A stretch of DNA of 64,000 nucleotides from Octopus vulgaris (lineage: Eukaryota). Position numbers and translations under genes: made by a program. The notes under the pieces were generated by a model. That model worked only from the letters and a program-made list of their open reading frames with translations. It was not told the origin of the DNA and searched no databases. Shown in pieces: positions 1 through 16,161 of this stretch. Every line of letters starts with the position of its first letter. Position 1 is the first letter of the stretch. The stretch is taken from positions 10,664,001-10,728,000 of the forward strand of contig OX597829.1 in NCBI GenBank assembly GCA_951406725.2, read 5' to 3'.

Positions 1-436
1 TTCATGCTTTTAATGATATTCTTTTGTAGATGGATGGTATACTCACTTGTAGAAATATATAAACGATAGAAATTATATTTAATGGTTTCTTCGCAGGGGA
101 AAAGGTAACAAAACTATTGGAAGAGAGACACAGAGGAGGCAACTAAAATTCATAGGTTGTGACAATAGGAAGCAGAGCATCGTGATATCTTTTCCCATTC
201 GCTAAAGATAAGAACCAAGTGGTGGTGTTAAACCGGGTGATGAATTTATTCCTCCCTTTTAAAAAAGTGAAGTCGCACAGAATTCGACATTTTGCTGATT
301 TTACTCACTTAATTTCATTTCATACTTAACTCGTTTTACCTACGAAGCTTGTCCAATGTGTTGTGCAGAATGGATCAATCCAGAAACTACGTGATTATGA
401 AGAAAACTTCAGCCAGAATGCAGCAGAGCGATCGTG

Positions 437-597
<161 letters not shown>

Positions 598-1193
598 AAA
601 CTCTCGCCAACAACTCTCCTTATCTCCCTTTCCTTAACATCATATCAGCTTTGGAGAAATTCTTGAGATTATCTCCCCTTCTCGTGTGGAGCTGATCTTA
701 ATTGCCATTTGGTAATTATAGTACATCCGCTAGAGAGGTCGAAATTATTTTAATATATCAGTAATTTATATTGTATGGTATTTGATATACAGGTATTTCT
801 CTATACATACATATACATATACATACACATACATGTATGTATGTATGTATGTATGTATGTATGTTTGTGTGTGTGAGTGTGTGTGTGTGTGTATGCCTAC
901 ATATTCAATATTATCTGGGTAATGACCACATAACGTACATTTAAAAGCTCTTATACTATTATCGGCTACCATACGCTTTCACGTAGTAGGTATATTCCTT
1001 GAACTGTACGAACATGTAGAAGTCCGTTAGTGTATGGAATTTATATAAGCGCCATATAAAGTTACACACTCACATACACACACTAAAATACACACGCACA
1101 TAGGGAAAGTTTACGAAAAAAAACAAAAGACGAAGACAGGTGGTGTACAAAACAAGCAGATGTATTAGTATAGCGCTCAGGAATAGAAAAAGT

Positions 1194-1229
1194 CTTTTAC
1201 GTTTCGAGCCTATGCTCTTCTACAGAAAG
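1194..1229 (-). ncRNA. Atypical minimal hammerhead-like motif in the Neptune pLTR
   Basis: Minus strand CTTT-CTGTAGA-A-GAGC atag GCTC-GAAACGTA-AAAG; stems I and II pair, core has A6>T and stem III is vestigial. Confidence 0.5.
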
Positions 1230-2317
1230 GTACACAGAAAAAAAGGAGAGAAACAAGGAGAGAGAAAAAATGTGTGTAGTGGCTAACAATCTATCATGGC
1301 GTCTAACTCGGACAAAATGGTCAGACGGAAGGAGGAAAGTAGCGGAGATAACAAGGTAAAGATAACCCCCAACACGAAAGAGCCCCCAACTCAAAGGTGC
1401 GTGTGTGTATAAGAGAGTATGTATGTGCATGTGAAAGAAGGCTGGTGGTCTGGACGTGTGTATGTATGTATGTGTAGGTGGGAAGATGTGGGGATGGGTG
1501 TGTGGGTGGTGTGTTGTGATGTGATGTGTAATGTTCTATGGTGTAGTGTGGTGAGTTGTGATGTGATGTGTAATGTTCTATGGTGTAGTGTGGTGTGGTG
1601 TGATGTTGTGGGGAGGTGGGGAGGTGGGAGAGGTGAGAGTGGGGAAAAGCACGGGTGGGGTGGGGTGTGTGGCTTGGGGTTGTGGGTAGGTAGAGGATGG
1701 AGGTAGAGGTCAGGTATGTAGGGGGTGGGAAGGATAGGGAAGGTGGAGTAGGAGCGGGTAGGTTTATGGGGGAGGGGAAGGTAGGTATGTGAGGTGAGAG
1801 AAGAGGAGAGAAGAGGAGACAAGAGAGAAGAGAGAAGAGAGAAAGAGAGGGTAAGAGAGAAGGAGAGGGTAAGAGAGAAAGAGAGGGTAAGAGAGAAGAG
1901 AGAAAGAGAGACTGAAAGAGTAGGAGAGAAGCGAGAAAGAGAATAAGAGGGAAGGAGGGGAGAGAAAGAGAGAAAGAGAGTAGGAGAGAAGAGAGAAAGA
2001 GAGTAAGAGAGAACAGCGAAAGAGAGTAAGAGAGAAGAGGGAAAGAGAGTAGGGGTGAAGAGAAGTAGCAGTGAAGAGATGTAGGAGTGAAGTAGGATTG
2101 AAGAGAAGTAGGAGTTGGGGCAAGAGAGGAGATTTGGGTGGGAAGGAGGAGGAGGGAGGTGGGAGAGCGGAGATAAGGAGAGAAGGAGAATGGTGGAGCA
2201 GAGAGAAAGAGAGTAGGGGAGAAGAGGGAAAGAGAGTAGAGGGAAAAGAGGGAAGAAGAGGGAAAGAGAGTAGGGTGAAAAGATGTAGGAGTGAAGAAAG
2301 GTAGGAGTCGGGGAGGA

Positions 2318-3365
2318 GAGTTGAGCCCAAATGGCGTAAAAGAGCGAAGAGAGAAGATTAATCCCTGTTCTCGGCGCAAACAGGAGTCCGGATGGCCTTT
2401 GTTCAAGGACAATCCGAACACAGACAGGTATTACAAGGAGTGACCGGTAGAGCGGAAATGACGTGAGACCGGGGTGTCATTGATGAGGCGGATGTCTCGG
2501 AGGTGTTCCGCGAACCGGTCAGCCAAGCGGCGTCCTGTTTGTCCGATGTACAGGGAATGGCAGAGAGAGCAGGAGATGCAATAGATGATATTGCTGGAGG
2601 TACAGGTGAAAGAGTCGATGATGGGTGCCGGTGAGGAGGGTGGTGTTGGAGATGTAAGGGCAAGTGTGGCAACGTGGGCGGGAGCAGGGGAACAAGCCAG
2701 GTTGGGAGGTAGGGTTGGGGAAGAAGCTGTGGACCAAGAGGTCTCGTGGGTTATGGGCTCGTTTGAAGGAGGGGAGAGGTCGGTTAGGGAAGATGTGTGA
2801 AGTGGACGGGTCGGACTGGAGATGCCGGAAAGCTCGGAGAATGGTGCGTTGGAGAAGTAGGGTGGTGGAGTAGTAAGTGAGAGAAAAAGGGAGGCGGGAG
2901 ACTGCAGGGCGAGTTCGGCGGGAGAGAGCAGATGCATGGTCCACGGAACGTGCTCTGGCAAGGGCGGTGTGCATAGTGGTGAAGGGATATCTACGTAGGA
3001 TGAAGTGGCGAGCCATGAGTTGAGACTGAGTCTCAAATCATGGTCGTCACTACAGAGCCTGCATAGACGGAGGAATTGGGAATAGGGGATGGAAAGCTTG
3101 GTGTGTTTGGGGTGGGAGGAAGAGAAGTTTAGGTATGAGTGTAAGTCTGTGTGTTTGTAGTGGATGGAGGTGGTAAGAGTGGAGTGATGAATGCTGATCG
3201 AAATGTCAAGAAAGGAGACAGAGGTGTCAGAGATAGTGCAGGAGAAGTGGAGGGCAGGATGGAAAGATTTGATGAAAGAGAGGAAGGAGTCTAGATGTTC
3301 GCGGGAGAATGAGGTGGCACTGATACAGTCGTCAATATAACGGCCATATAGTTCGGAAGTCTTTT
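2318..3365 (-). pseudogene. Frameshifted PLE reverse transcriptase / GIY-YIG endonuclease
   Basis: Coding motifs are split across ORFs 2431-3387, 2519-3016 and the start of 1321-2421, which implies frameshifts. Confidence 0.85.
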
Positions 3366-3422
3366 GCGTAATAAGATAAAAAGCCAAGGCTGTATAGATA
3401 TTAGAGCATTTATAGATAGAAA

Positions 3423-3470
3423 GTCTTTCAGCTGTTCCTAGGATATTAATAACATCCCTTCGTCGGAGAC
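3423..3470 (-). ncRNA. Degenerate hammerhead-like motif
   Basis: Minus strand GTCT-CCGACGA-AGGGAT..ATCCT-AGGAAC-AGCT-GAA-AGAC; stem I GTCT/AGAC and palindromic AGCT loop are present, with several core substitutions. Confidence 0.4.
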
Positions 3471-4357
3471 GGTATGAGAGGAAAATTAAGCCATAGTTTA
3501 GATGTATATGTATATATATATATAAGCCATAGTTAGTTTAGATGTATATGTATATATATAAATCAGTGGTACTATTTGTCAATAGCAGTTGTACGACTGT
3601 TGACATCTTTTTCGCCTGCCATGTTTATAAGATACCCAATAGCTAATAATACTTCCAGCCAAATAATACTTCCAGCCAAAAATGCATAGATAGACATGTT
3701 GTCTTCTTATAATGCTAGTGTTTTCAAATACGGTGGCCTTGGAAATGGAGAAGTTGCTAAACATACACATTAGAGTATATTTCCATTTTCTTTCCCAACT
3801 TTCATAGAAAATAACACAGATGATAATGACGAAAACGTATCATAATTACTAAATGACAATTAAGACCAGCCTTACTAGAGAAGAGATTCAAGAATTGTCT
3901 AAAATGATATGCTATTAAGGAAAGTGACCAGTCTATTGTCTAGCGATAAGAGGACAATCGTGATCAAGTGTTTCTGATTCAATAGCCTTCATCGATACGA
4001 CACTTGTCTCATCATATCTCCAGTAGCCAAAGGATTAAGACTTGTAATCTAACGAGGCGATAAGCAATGACAGAATGTCAATTGTATTATTGCTATACTT
4101 CACTTAGCGTGAATTATCAACAATAATATTGTATATGCCAATCTACTCATAACCAGTGGCAACGATATTACGAGTTATCTCCCATGTAATAGACATTTTC
4201 AAAGAGTATTTATTCATAAATTAGGGACAGGAGTAACATTACCGTATAACTTATATGCAAATTGTACCAGGATTACTTCTGAATAAATATATTGTATATT
4301 CGATATCAATCGCTTGAGTACCAAATTCGTTTATAAACAGGAGTAATGTTATTAACA

Positions 4358-5320
4358 ACTATCTCTGAACCACTCGTACACTTGTATACGGGTCATACAC
4401 TCTTACACTGCAACTTTGCGTTCTCATAATTGTTCCACAAATCCAATAGCAACAATACAAAGTATGAAGCCGTTAAAACGTTTTTTCCTTGTGCATTTAC
4501 AGAGAATACCAAACTGTTTCACACAGGTTCTTGTTTTTAGGAATTCTCAATAAGTCATGAATACCCAAATTGTGAAATCAGTTATGCAATAACATGTAAT
4601 TAGTTACCCGATAGTAAGAATTCAAATAAAGTAGCCTCGAAAAGGGCTTTAATGCGTTCCCAGGGTATATAGAACTTAGGAGAAAATACTAATAAGGTAT
4701 GTATAATAAAATCGTGAAGCATGTTATGTAATATCGATGAGATAACAATAATTCAAAGTAAATAACTCTGAAAAGGGCTTTTGTGCGTTTCCAGAGAATA
4801 TTACCCTCAGGGGCGCTGATGTTGGTATATTCGTGAATAAGTTACTAACCGAAATAAGTGGATCTATTGTTTAGGAAAATACGATTTACTTGTTTAAGGG
4901 TTGTACTGGATAAATTGTGAAAATAACTCTAACAGTTCAAATACTAAGAAATAAGCATACTCACTTTGATTTATACCAAATAATATAGGAAAATAAATGG
5001 GTTATTTTCCTTGACTGTTAAAATAAAATATATTAAGTTATATATAAGGATCCTTTCCAGGAGCAAATGGGTTATTTCCCTTGATTGTTAAAATAAAATA
5101 TATTACTTATTTATAAGGATCCCTTCCATAGGCCCTATTATCGATTTTTTCAACAATCTGAGTATGCCATGAGGCTTCCAGACATGAGTTCTACTCGCGT
5201 GTCAAGTTTCATCAAAATCGATAAAACGATGTAGAAGGAGTTAGCTAACAACTCCGCAAACAGACACACCGACAGACAGAATTTCCCAGATATGTAGTAT
5301 ATATATATATATATATATAT
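4358..5320 (-). mobile_element. Non-autonomous Helitron-like element
   Basis: Minus-strand 5' end has ctgtctgtc..gtctgttt and cgattttgatgaaacttgacac; internal tandem duplications (about 4620-4815 and 4995-5130); 3' hairpin CCCGTATACAAGTGTACGAG followed by ATAGT, a degenerate CTAGT. Confidence 0.5.
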
Positions 5321-5419
5321 AATTAAGGTGGCTAGACGCAATTTAAAACCGAAAAGGATATAATTCAGCGTCACTAAAAAACGACCAAATGTGCAGGGAG
5401 CACCGGCAATGCTAGAAAT

Positions 5420-6145
5420 AAGAGTCAGGAACTCCTTAGCCACAGAAGGCGCATCTCCTTTTAAACTGACGGCGGAAACAACTTCCCCTCTCTCCTGCCA
5501 GTCCGAGATGCCCTCAAAGCGGCGAAACTGTTTTTCCCGCACTTGTGCAATGTCCAAGAATTGCTAACTTGTGGAGTTCTGTTGAGAAGCTCGTGTGACT
5601 AGCAGGGCAGATACGGCTATCAGCGGAGTTTTTTATGAAGATCATCAACCGCCCTCATTTGGCCGGAAAAGGAGAGCAGTTTTCTTCTATCTGTGTGGTG
5701 GACGAGATTGAATGAACTATAGAAAGGCACTTTCATTGGCAACATAGCCTTCAATAACTTATACATATTTCTCTTAGGAAGGAAGGTGTGAAAAAAAGGG
5801 AGGTGCTGTCCCCCATTAGAAAAATGTGTTAAAAAGTATATAAGAATAACAAACTTAGTGTGAACAAAACATCTCTGAGCATGCTTCTCTAAGCCAAGAA
5901 ATAGCGAACGAGAGAGAGCATTTCCCTTTGGCTGTCAGAGCCATCTTTTAAATTGTTTCATTGGTTGGACCTATGCAGGCATCAATTCTAATGAAGAAAT
6001 TTTGTTTATTGGAATTTTGTCACTATTTACTGTTTTGCTAATTTTTTTATGCGACCTGTGTGAACTTTTCATGATGTTTTATACTTTTGTCGTTTTGTTG
6101 TTGTATTTTTATTTCTTTGAACCGCTTTGGCCAATAAAACAAATC
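5420..6145 (+). mobile_element. Decayed 3' fragment of an L1/Tx1-clade LINE
   Basis: Plus strand translates to SPRCPQSGETVFPALVQCPRIANLWSSVEKL and VWWTRL, matching the ORF2 C-terminal zinc knuckle of the copies at 37263-37865 and 46537-46964; AATAAA at 6133-6138. Confidence 0.75.
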
Positions 6146-6226
6146 ATCAACGTCATCACTAAAATCATTCCTCGCTTTCTCTTTTTCCTCCCCTTCCCAT
6201 CTTCCTTTCCACTTCGACTTCCCAAT

Positions 6227-6346
6227 CATCATCACCATCATCATCATCAGCAGCAGCAGCAGCAGCAGTTATAGTGCTAGTGATGGAGGTAGAGGTTGTA
6301 GTAGGAGTATTAGTAGTAATTGCTGTAGAAGTAGTAGTAGTAGTAA

Positions 6347-6377
<31 letters not shown>

Positions 6378-6498
6378 TGCTGTAGTAGAATTAGTAGTAG
6401 TAGTTGCTGTTGTAGTAATAGTTGTTCTTGTTTCTGTAATAATAGTAGTAGTAGCAGCAGCAGCAGCACAAGCAGTAGCAGTAGCAGTAGTAGTAGCA

Positions 6499-6549
<51 letters not shown>

Positions 6550-6700
6550 TGAGAAAAAGGAAGACGAGTCGTCCTGTATTGAGGTAAATAGCATAAAACA
6601 GTGGTTTAATATAATCTCAGCCAGACGAGAGCTGCAGCAGCAACAACAACAGCCACAATAACAGCAATAATAATAATAATAATAATAAATGAGAGTGAAA
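6227..6700. repeat. Compound (CAT)/(CAG)/(GTA)/(AAT) trinucleotide microsatellite
   Basis: Directly visible. Confidence 0.9.
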
Positions 6701-7275
6701 CACACACACACACAGAAAACAGACACCAAAAACAAACACGTAAAAAAAGTATATCACAAAAGACATTGAAAAACAACAAGAGCCACAATAACAAGAACAA
6801 CAGTAATAGCTAACAAAGGAAACAAAAACGAATCCATATCTTTTCACATACACAAAAAAAAAGCTACTTAATGAATAAAGACCCGACCAAATCAATACAA
6901 TAACAACAGACCATATATAGATGTTGTTGTTGTTGCTGCAGTTGCTTTTTGTTCTCGTTGTTGTTGCAGTATTTTATTTGGTTTGTTTTTGCTTTGCTGT
7001 TGTTTTTTTGTTTGTTTTTTTGCTTTTGTGTCATCGTTCTTACTTTTACTGTTATCATCGCCATCGGTGTTGTTTCCATTCTTTGTTTTATTTTTTCTTG
7101 CTTTCCCCTGTTCTTGTTATCGCTGTTGTTGATACAACAGTTGTTTCACGGTTGTGTCATCCTTGTTGATGTTGTTATTCTTGACGACGTTGCTGCCGTT
7201 GTTATGTTATTATTGTTATTGTTGTTTTGCTCCATATCAACTTATATCCAGTAGACCTGTGACCAAAATTGTCCA

Positions 7276-7311
<36 letters not shown>

Positions 7312-7314
<3 letters not shown>

Positions 7315-7717
7315 CGCAGGAGTGGCTGTGTGGTAAGTAGCTTGCTAACCAACCACATGGTTCTGGGTTCACTCCCACTGCGTGGCATCTTGGGCAAGTG
7401 TCTTCTGCTATAGCCCCGGGCCGACCAATGCCTTGTGAGTAGATTTGGTAGACGGAAACTGAAAGAAGCCTGTCGTATATATGCATATATATATGTATGT
7501 GTTTGTGTGTCTGTGTTTATCCCCTAGCATTGCTTGACAACCGATGCTGGTGTGTTTATGTCCCCGTCACTTAGCGGTTCGGCAAAAGAGACCGATAGAA
7601 TAAGTACTGGGCTTACAAAGAATAAGTCCCGGGGTCGACTTGCTCGACTAAAGGCGGTGCTCCAGCATGGCCGCAGTCAAATGACTGAAACAAGTAAAAG
7701 AGTAAAAGAGTAAAAGA

Positions 7718-7719
<2 letters not shown>
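7312..7719 (+). mobile_element. tRNA-derived SINE (family A), full length with (GTAAAAGA)n tail
   Basis: A-box-like GTGGCTGTGTGG and B-box-like GGTTCACTCCC; near-identical copy at 52920-53354; inserted in (TA)n. Confidence 0.85.
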
Positions 7720-7756
<37 letters not shown>

Positions 7757-8551
7757 TTAGCTTCTTTGATGGATAAATATTAATATTATAATGGCATTGG
7801 ATTTATTACGTAGAAATGATATATATTTATACTATAAAGAATTTTTGTCTTGTCTTGTTTGTTTACATATCCCGGAATATTTCCGTATTTTGACTTCTTA
7901 CAATTAATCTCTTATAATTTAATTGCTATAAACCGATGTCAATTTAGTATATGTATGTTTCTATGTCTATTGATAGTCAAACAAAAATGTTTAATCTATA
8001 CTTTATAACTTAGCGTACATTTGATTATAGCAAATTACGGTGAAAGCAGTAAACGTTATGTTATGTAATACTATGATTTAAAAAAAAATACGGTGACATA
8101 CGAATTGTGTACCTTATGAAAAATTACATTCTATGTCTTGATATATAAATATATGTATCTTTATAACAAATATTTTATGGAAATATGTGAGTGGATCTTC
8201 TTAGTTAATATAGCGGCATTGTTGTCGTTTTGGAGAGGCTTGATGGCTGCATAGTTACGATTATACCTCTTTTATTATTTATTTGTTTGACGGTGTTTGT
8301 GGATATGTATGTGTATGAGTGTATGTGTGTGTGTATACATATAATTATGTATGTATGTGCGATTGATCTGTGGATGTGCGTGTGCGTATGTGCGTTTCTT
8401 GACTAACTAACCGAAAAATTTCTTTTGTGATTCAAATTTAAAACTATAAGCCAATCGAATCAATCTAGAATAATCAATATCAAGCGGACAGAAGAATCAG
8501 ACTTATAGATATGTAGATGTCCGATTGATGTACTTGGTACAGACATGGTTG

Positions 8552-10137
<1,586 letters not shown>

Positions 10138-10139
10138 TG

Positions 10140-10752
10140 TAATTTTTATTGACTTTTGTAGGTTTATAATTTTATGAACTGAACTGTGTGTTTTTTTATT
10201 ATTTTTTATGTATATGTCTGATTTAAATTTAAATGTGAGTGTGCAAATATTTTCCTGTAGGTTAGTTTTGGAACTAGAAGCCCAATATTTAGAATAACTG
10301 TGTTTGTTAATGTATATTGATATATTTTGTTTATTTTGTATTATTGTATTAATGAGTATATATATATATATGTGTAGTATTATGAGTGTCTATGCACACG
10401 TTTTTATATTTTATATTTTTATATTTATATTTTTTTTCACACTTATAATAAATTAAATTCTCTGAAGAGGCCGTGGGCATCCTTGTTAATGTCTCATTTA
10501 TACCTGCCTTATATGGCTTATAGGTTAAATGAGGCATACTTGTCCTTACGGCCGAAACAGCTGTCAGATATGATATAATTATATATTATATTTTATATTT
10601 TATATGTCTATTTCCTTGTCTAATTATATTTACAATATATTTTGTATAATGCCTTTGCTGTTATGTAATGGTGTAATAAAGTAGTGATTGGGTATCATCT
10701 GATGGTTGATGTTTGATTGGATTAAGTATGTTTCTCCATTTTCTAATTTTGT
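10140..10752 (+). mobile_element. Solo PLE pLTR-like fragment carrying the hammerhead
   Basis: AT-rich non-coding block between microsatellites containing a canonical hammerhead; boundaries approximate. Confidence 0.5.
10459..10568 (+). ncRNA. Type I hammerhead ribozyme with long stem II
   Basis: TCT-CTGAAGA-GGCCGT..ATGTCTCATTTA..TAAATGAGGCAT..ACGGCC-GAAAC-AGCT-GTC-AGA; canonical core, GUC cleavage triplet, palindromic loop 3. Confidence 0.85.
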
Positions 10753-10847
10753 ATATATATATATACATATTTATATGATGTATGTATAAATATATGTATA
10801 TGTATATTATATATATATGTATATATTATATATATATAATATATATG

Positions 10848-12057
<1,210 letters not shown>

Positions 12058-12099
12058 TATATATATAATTTAGATTTACAGAAAAACAAATATATATAC

Positions 12100-12287
12100 T
12101 CACTCTTTTACTTGCTTCAGCCATTTCACTCTGGGCATGCTGTAGCACTGCCTTTAGTCGAGAACATCAATCACAGGAGTTATTCTCTGTAAGCCTAGTA
12201 CTTATTCTATCGGTCTCCTTTGTCGAACTGCTACGTTATGGGGACACCAGCATCGGTTGTCAACCGATGTTGCGGTGACAAACACAG

Positions 12288-12352
<65 letters not shown>

Positions 12353-12500
12353 TGTATACATATATACGACGGGCTTCTTTCAGTATCCGTCTACCAAATC
12401 CACTCACAAGGTTTGGTCGGCTCGAGGTTATTGTAGAAGACACTTACCCAAGGTGCCACGCAGTGGGACTGAACCCGGAACCATGTGGTTGATAAGCTAG
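12100..12500 (-). mobile_element. SINE family A copy (diverged)
   Basis: Reverse complement of 7312-7719 motifs (ctgaaagaagcccgtcgtat, gagaccgatagaataagtact). Confidence 0.8.
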
Positions 12501-12511
12501 GCATTTACACA

Positions 12512-12557
<46 letters not shown>

Positions 12558-12586
12558 CAACAACACAACCACACACAAACACATAT

Positions 12587-12618
<32 letters not shown>

Positions 12619-12619
12619 C

Positions 12620-12676
<57 letters not shown>

Positions 12677-13413
12677 TTCTAGCATAGTGTACCTTAAACT
12701 ATACTATTAATGGTATCCCTACAAAAATATCATGAAGTAGTAAATACACCTTTACGTGATGATTCTAAATTTCACAAAACTTCAGGTTAGAAACGGTAAA
12801 CAAATGTACCAGTAATTGTACTGTCATAGATACAATGAGCCTTCATCTACTTCATACTCAGCAAATTCGAAGCCTTCTGTCACTGGCAGAAATAGCCATT
12901 TTCGATTTTTTTAAATCATAAGGTATGATTTTAGGAAAATCACTGCACTTTTACTTCTTATGACTCTAATGATGCTAATGATTAATGACTAATGACTTGA
13001 ACGATAAAAATTGATGGGTTAGCCCGTTTATGTGTTGTTCGTATGGTTATTTACTCCAAAGTCAATTTGATTGAAGATATTCTATTCCTGGCAATCGTAT
13101 CTTCTTTTCCCCCTTAATACTTCTCGGACTGTATTGCCCGATATCTTCTTTAAAAATAAATAACTAAATCAATAATAATATAATAAAATCGCTACTTTTA
13201 ATTTGAGGAAAATGAGGCTGCTACTTCTAGCAGGTCCACTGAACAGCTAAAGGGTTTACCTCGTTGACTTGTTGGCATAAATAAATGGTTAAGTTAATAA
13301 CTACACTGTCCTTTCTTTCTTTTTCCTTTTCCTTTCTTGCTTTCTTTGCGGGATTAATTACTTCAACATTTACCAAACAGAGCAAAGAAAGAAAGAGAAA
13401 GAAGAGAGAAAGA

Positions 13414-13450
<37 letters not shown>

Positions 13451-13659
13451 AGCGAGACAAACACAGGGAGAAGAAATGGATCATAAGATCGGCAACAGTC
13501 TATAATATCATATCACATTGTTTATCTCACTCAACATACCTGGATTTGATTGTTTTACAATTAATTGTCGGCAACACCGCGTTTGTCTTTCAATCAATCG
13601 CCCGGTCCTCCTCCACTCCATCACTCGCAATTAACTTTTATATCGCACTACCTACTTAC

Positions 13660-13995
13660 CTATCCTATTCACCTACCTGCCTACCTACCTACCTTACCTA
13701 CCTACCTACCTACCTACCTACCTACCTACCTACCTACCTACCTACCTACCTACCTACCTACCTACCTACCTACCTACCTACCTACCTACCTACCTACATA
13801 CATACATACATACATACATACATACATACATACATACATACCTACCTACCTACCTACCTACCTACCTACCTACTTATCTGCCTGTCTACCTGCTTACCTA
13901 CCTTATCTTACCTTTCTACTTACCGTCGCAACTGTCACAATGGCCATTACCATCATCATCATCTTCAGGATCACTGTCATTATAATCATAGGTCT

Positions 13996-14044
<49 letters not shown>

Positions 14045-14063
14045 CCACCATCATCATCACCAC

Positions 14064-14123
<60 letters not shown>

Positions 14124-14163
14124 CATCATCATCACCACCATCATCATCATCATCATCATCATT

Positions 14164-14195
<32 letters not shown>

Positions 14196-14455
14196 CATCA
14201 TCATTATCATCAACACCTCCAATACCGCCGCCACCGTCACCACCAGCACCATCAACACCCCATCACAATCACCATCACCTCGACCATCACGATCATTATC
14301 ATTAGGGTCACTATCATCATCGGCAGAAGCACTATCGTCCATCACCACCACCGTCACCACCACCACCACCACCACCACCACCACTGCCACCAACTCCGCT
14401 ACTAGCTCCATCATCAGTATCATCACTACCATAATCAACGTCGTCGTCATCGTTG

Positions 14456-14491
<36 letters not shown>

Positions 14492-15150
14492 CCACCACCA
14501 CCACCACTACCACCACCATCATTATCATTATTAGCGCCTTCGTTGTCATCACCACAAGTTATGAACGGCAACGATCACCTCAACCATCACCACCACCAAA
14601 CCGCAACCACCAACACCACCACAACCACCACTACCGTCACTACTGTCACAATTACCACCGCGAATACCACATTAGGCCACTGACGTCACCGCCATGTCTA
14701 CCACTGTCACTACCAAGACAAGCACATCATTACCACCACCACTAATACCACTAGCACCACCACAACAACAAACAGCATCAACGCCATCATTGCCAGCACC
14801 ACAACTATCACCATCATCATAAGAGTATCACATCATCATAAGAGTATCACCTACACCGCATACTACTATCACCGCTACCACCCAACATCACCATCATTAT
14901 TACCATCATCATCACTACCTATACTACCACCACCATCACTACCACAACCGCCACCACTACAACCGTCACCACCCACACAAAATTCAACTACCACCATCAC
15001 CAGTACCAACCACCTCTTTCCACTACAACCACCGACGTCACACACAATACTACCATCACCAATACCATCACCTCCACTGCTAGCACTACTACCACCACCA
15101 CCACCAACAACAACAACTGCACTAACGCATCCACCATCTCGACCATCTCA
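13660..15150. repeat. (CCTA)n/(CATA)n followed by (CAT)n/(CAC)n low-complexity tract
   Basis: Directly visible; source of the 486-aa and 246-aa spurious ORFs. Confidence 0.9.
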
Positions 15151-15435
15151 TGCTATTAATCTGAGTCACAAACAGCAACAACAAAGTGAGGCAGGACACC
15201 TAAATCCGTCACTGCGGTTACAATGATACTGGCCGCCATCGTTCGGCAAGACTTGGAGTGATACTTCCGGGGTGGATCAACGTAATCAAGATGGCGCTGT
15301 CGCCAGCGCCATCCCCAATGTCACCACCACACTCAAATATCAAGAATAATAACAACAAAGAGGACAGTAACAGCAACACATCAAATAAAGGAGTCGGCGA
15401 AGGAAGGAAGAGGGGAAAGAGAGAGACAGAGAGAG

Positions 15436-15476
<41 letters not shown>

Positions 15477-16046
15477 TTAAGGGAAAATAAAACATAGGGA
15501 GGGGATAGATTTATCTCTAAAGGTTAACAACAGCCATAACAAGCGATAATGTTGCTAATGACAACAACGAAGACGATGATTATGTTTATGATGATAATGA
15601 TAATAGAGATGGTGTTGGTGGTAGTGGCGGCGGCGGTGGCGGCGGTGGTGTGGTAGCGGGGGCGGCTGTGGTGGTGATGGTAGCGGCGATGGTGGTAATG
15701 GTTGTGGGGTGGTTTTGGTAGTGGTGACGACGTTGGAGGCGGTGTCAGCGATGATAGTGGAGGTGGTGATGATTACCATCATCATCATCATCATATTGGG
15801 ATGATGAAGATGGCGCTGATGGGGATAATTATGATGGTAATGGGGGCGATGATAGAAATAGTAGTAGTAGTAGTAGTAGTAGTAGTAGCAGCAGCAGCAG
15901 CAGCAGCAGTAGATTATCGCAATAATAACAACAGTAATAATAAATGACAACAATAATAACGGCAATATCAAAAAAGTAATACTTTAATAATATAAAATCG
16001 GGAGTGTTGTTACAGTAGTTATATGAGAATATTTGGAATCAGGTCG

Positions 16047-16082
<36 letters not shown>

Positions 16083-16161
16083 TCATATTGGTCGGTATAA
16101 ATATGTATGCATTCGTTGTATGTATAAATATATCTATATCTATCTACTTATAAATATATAT

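Larger units (their letters stand above)
1100..3365 (-). mobile_element. 5'-truncated Penelope-like retroelement, Neptune-type (RT C-terminal half, GIY-YIG endonuclease, pyrimidine-rich spacer, putative pLTR at about 1100-1430)
   Basis: Minus-strand ORFs give RT motifs RYIDD and SVSFLDISI, thumb YLNFSSSHPKHTKLSIPYSQFLRL, and GIY-YIG IIYCISCSLCHSLYIGQTGRRLADRFAEH ending ...PFGLN; outer limits approximate. Confidence 0.85.

Noticed and set aside
5150-5557. 135-aa minus-strand ORF
   Set aside because: It is antisense to a LINE remnant and runs through a (TA)n tract and a Helitron-like end
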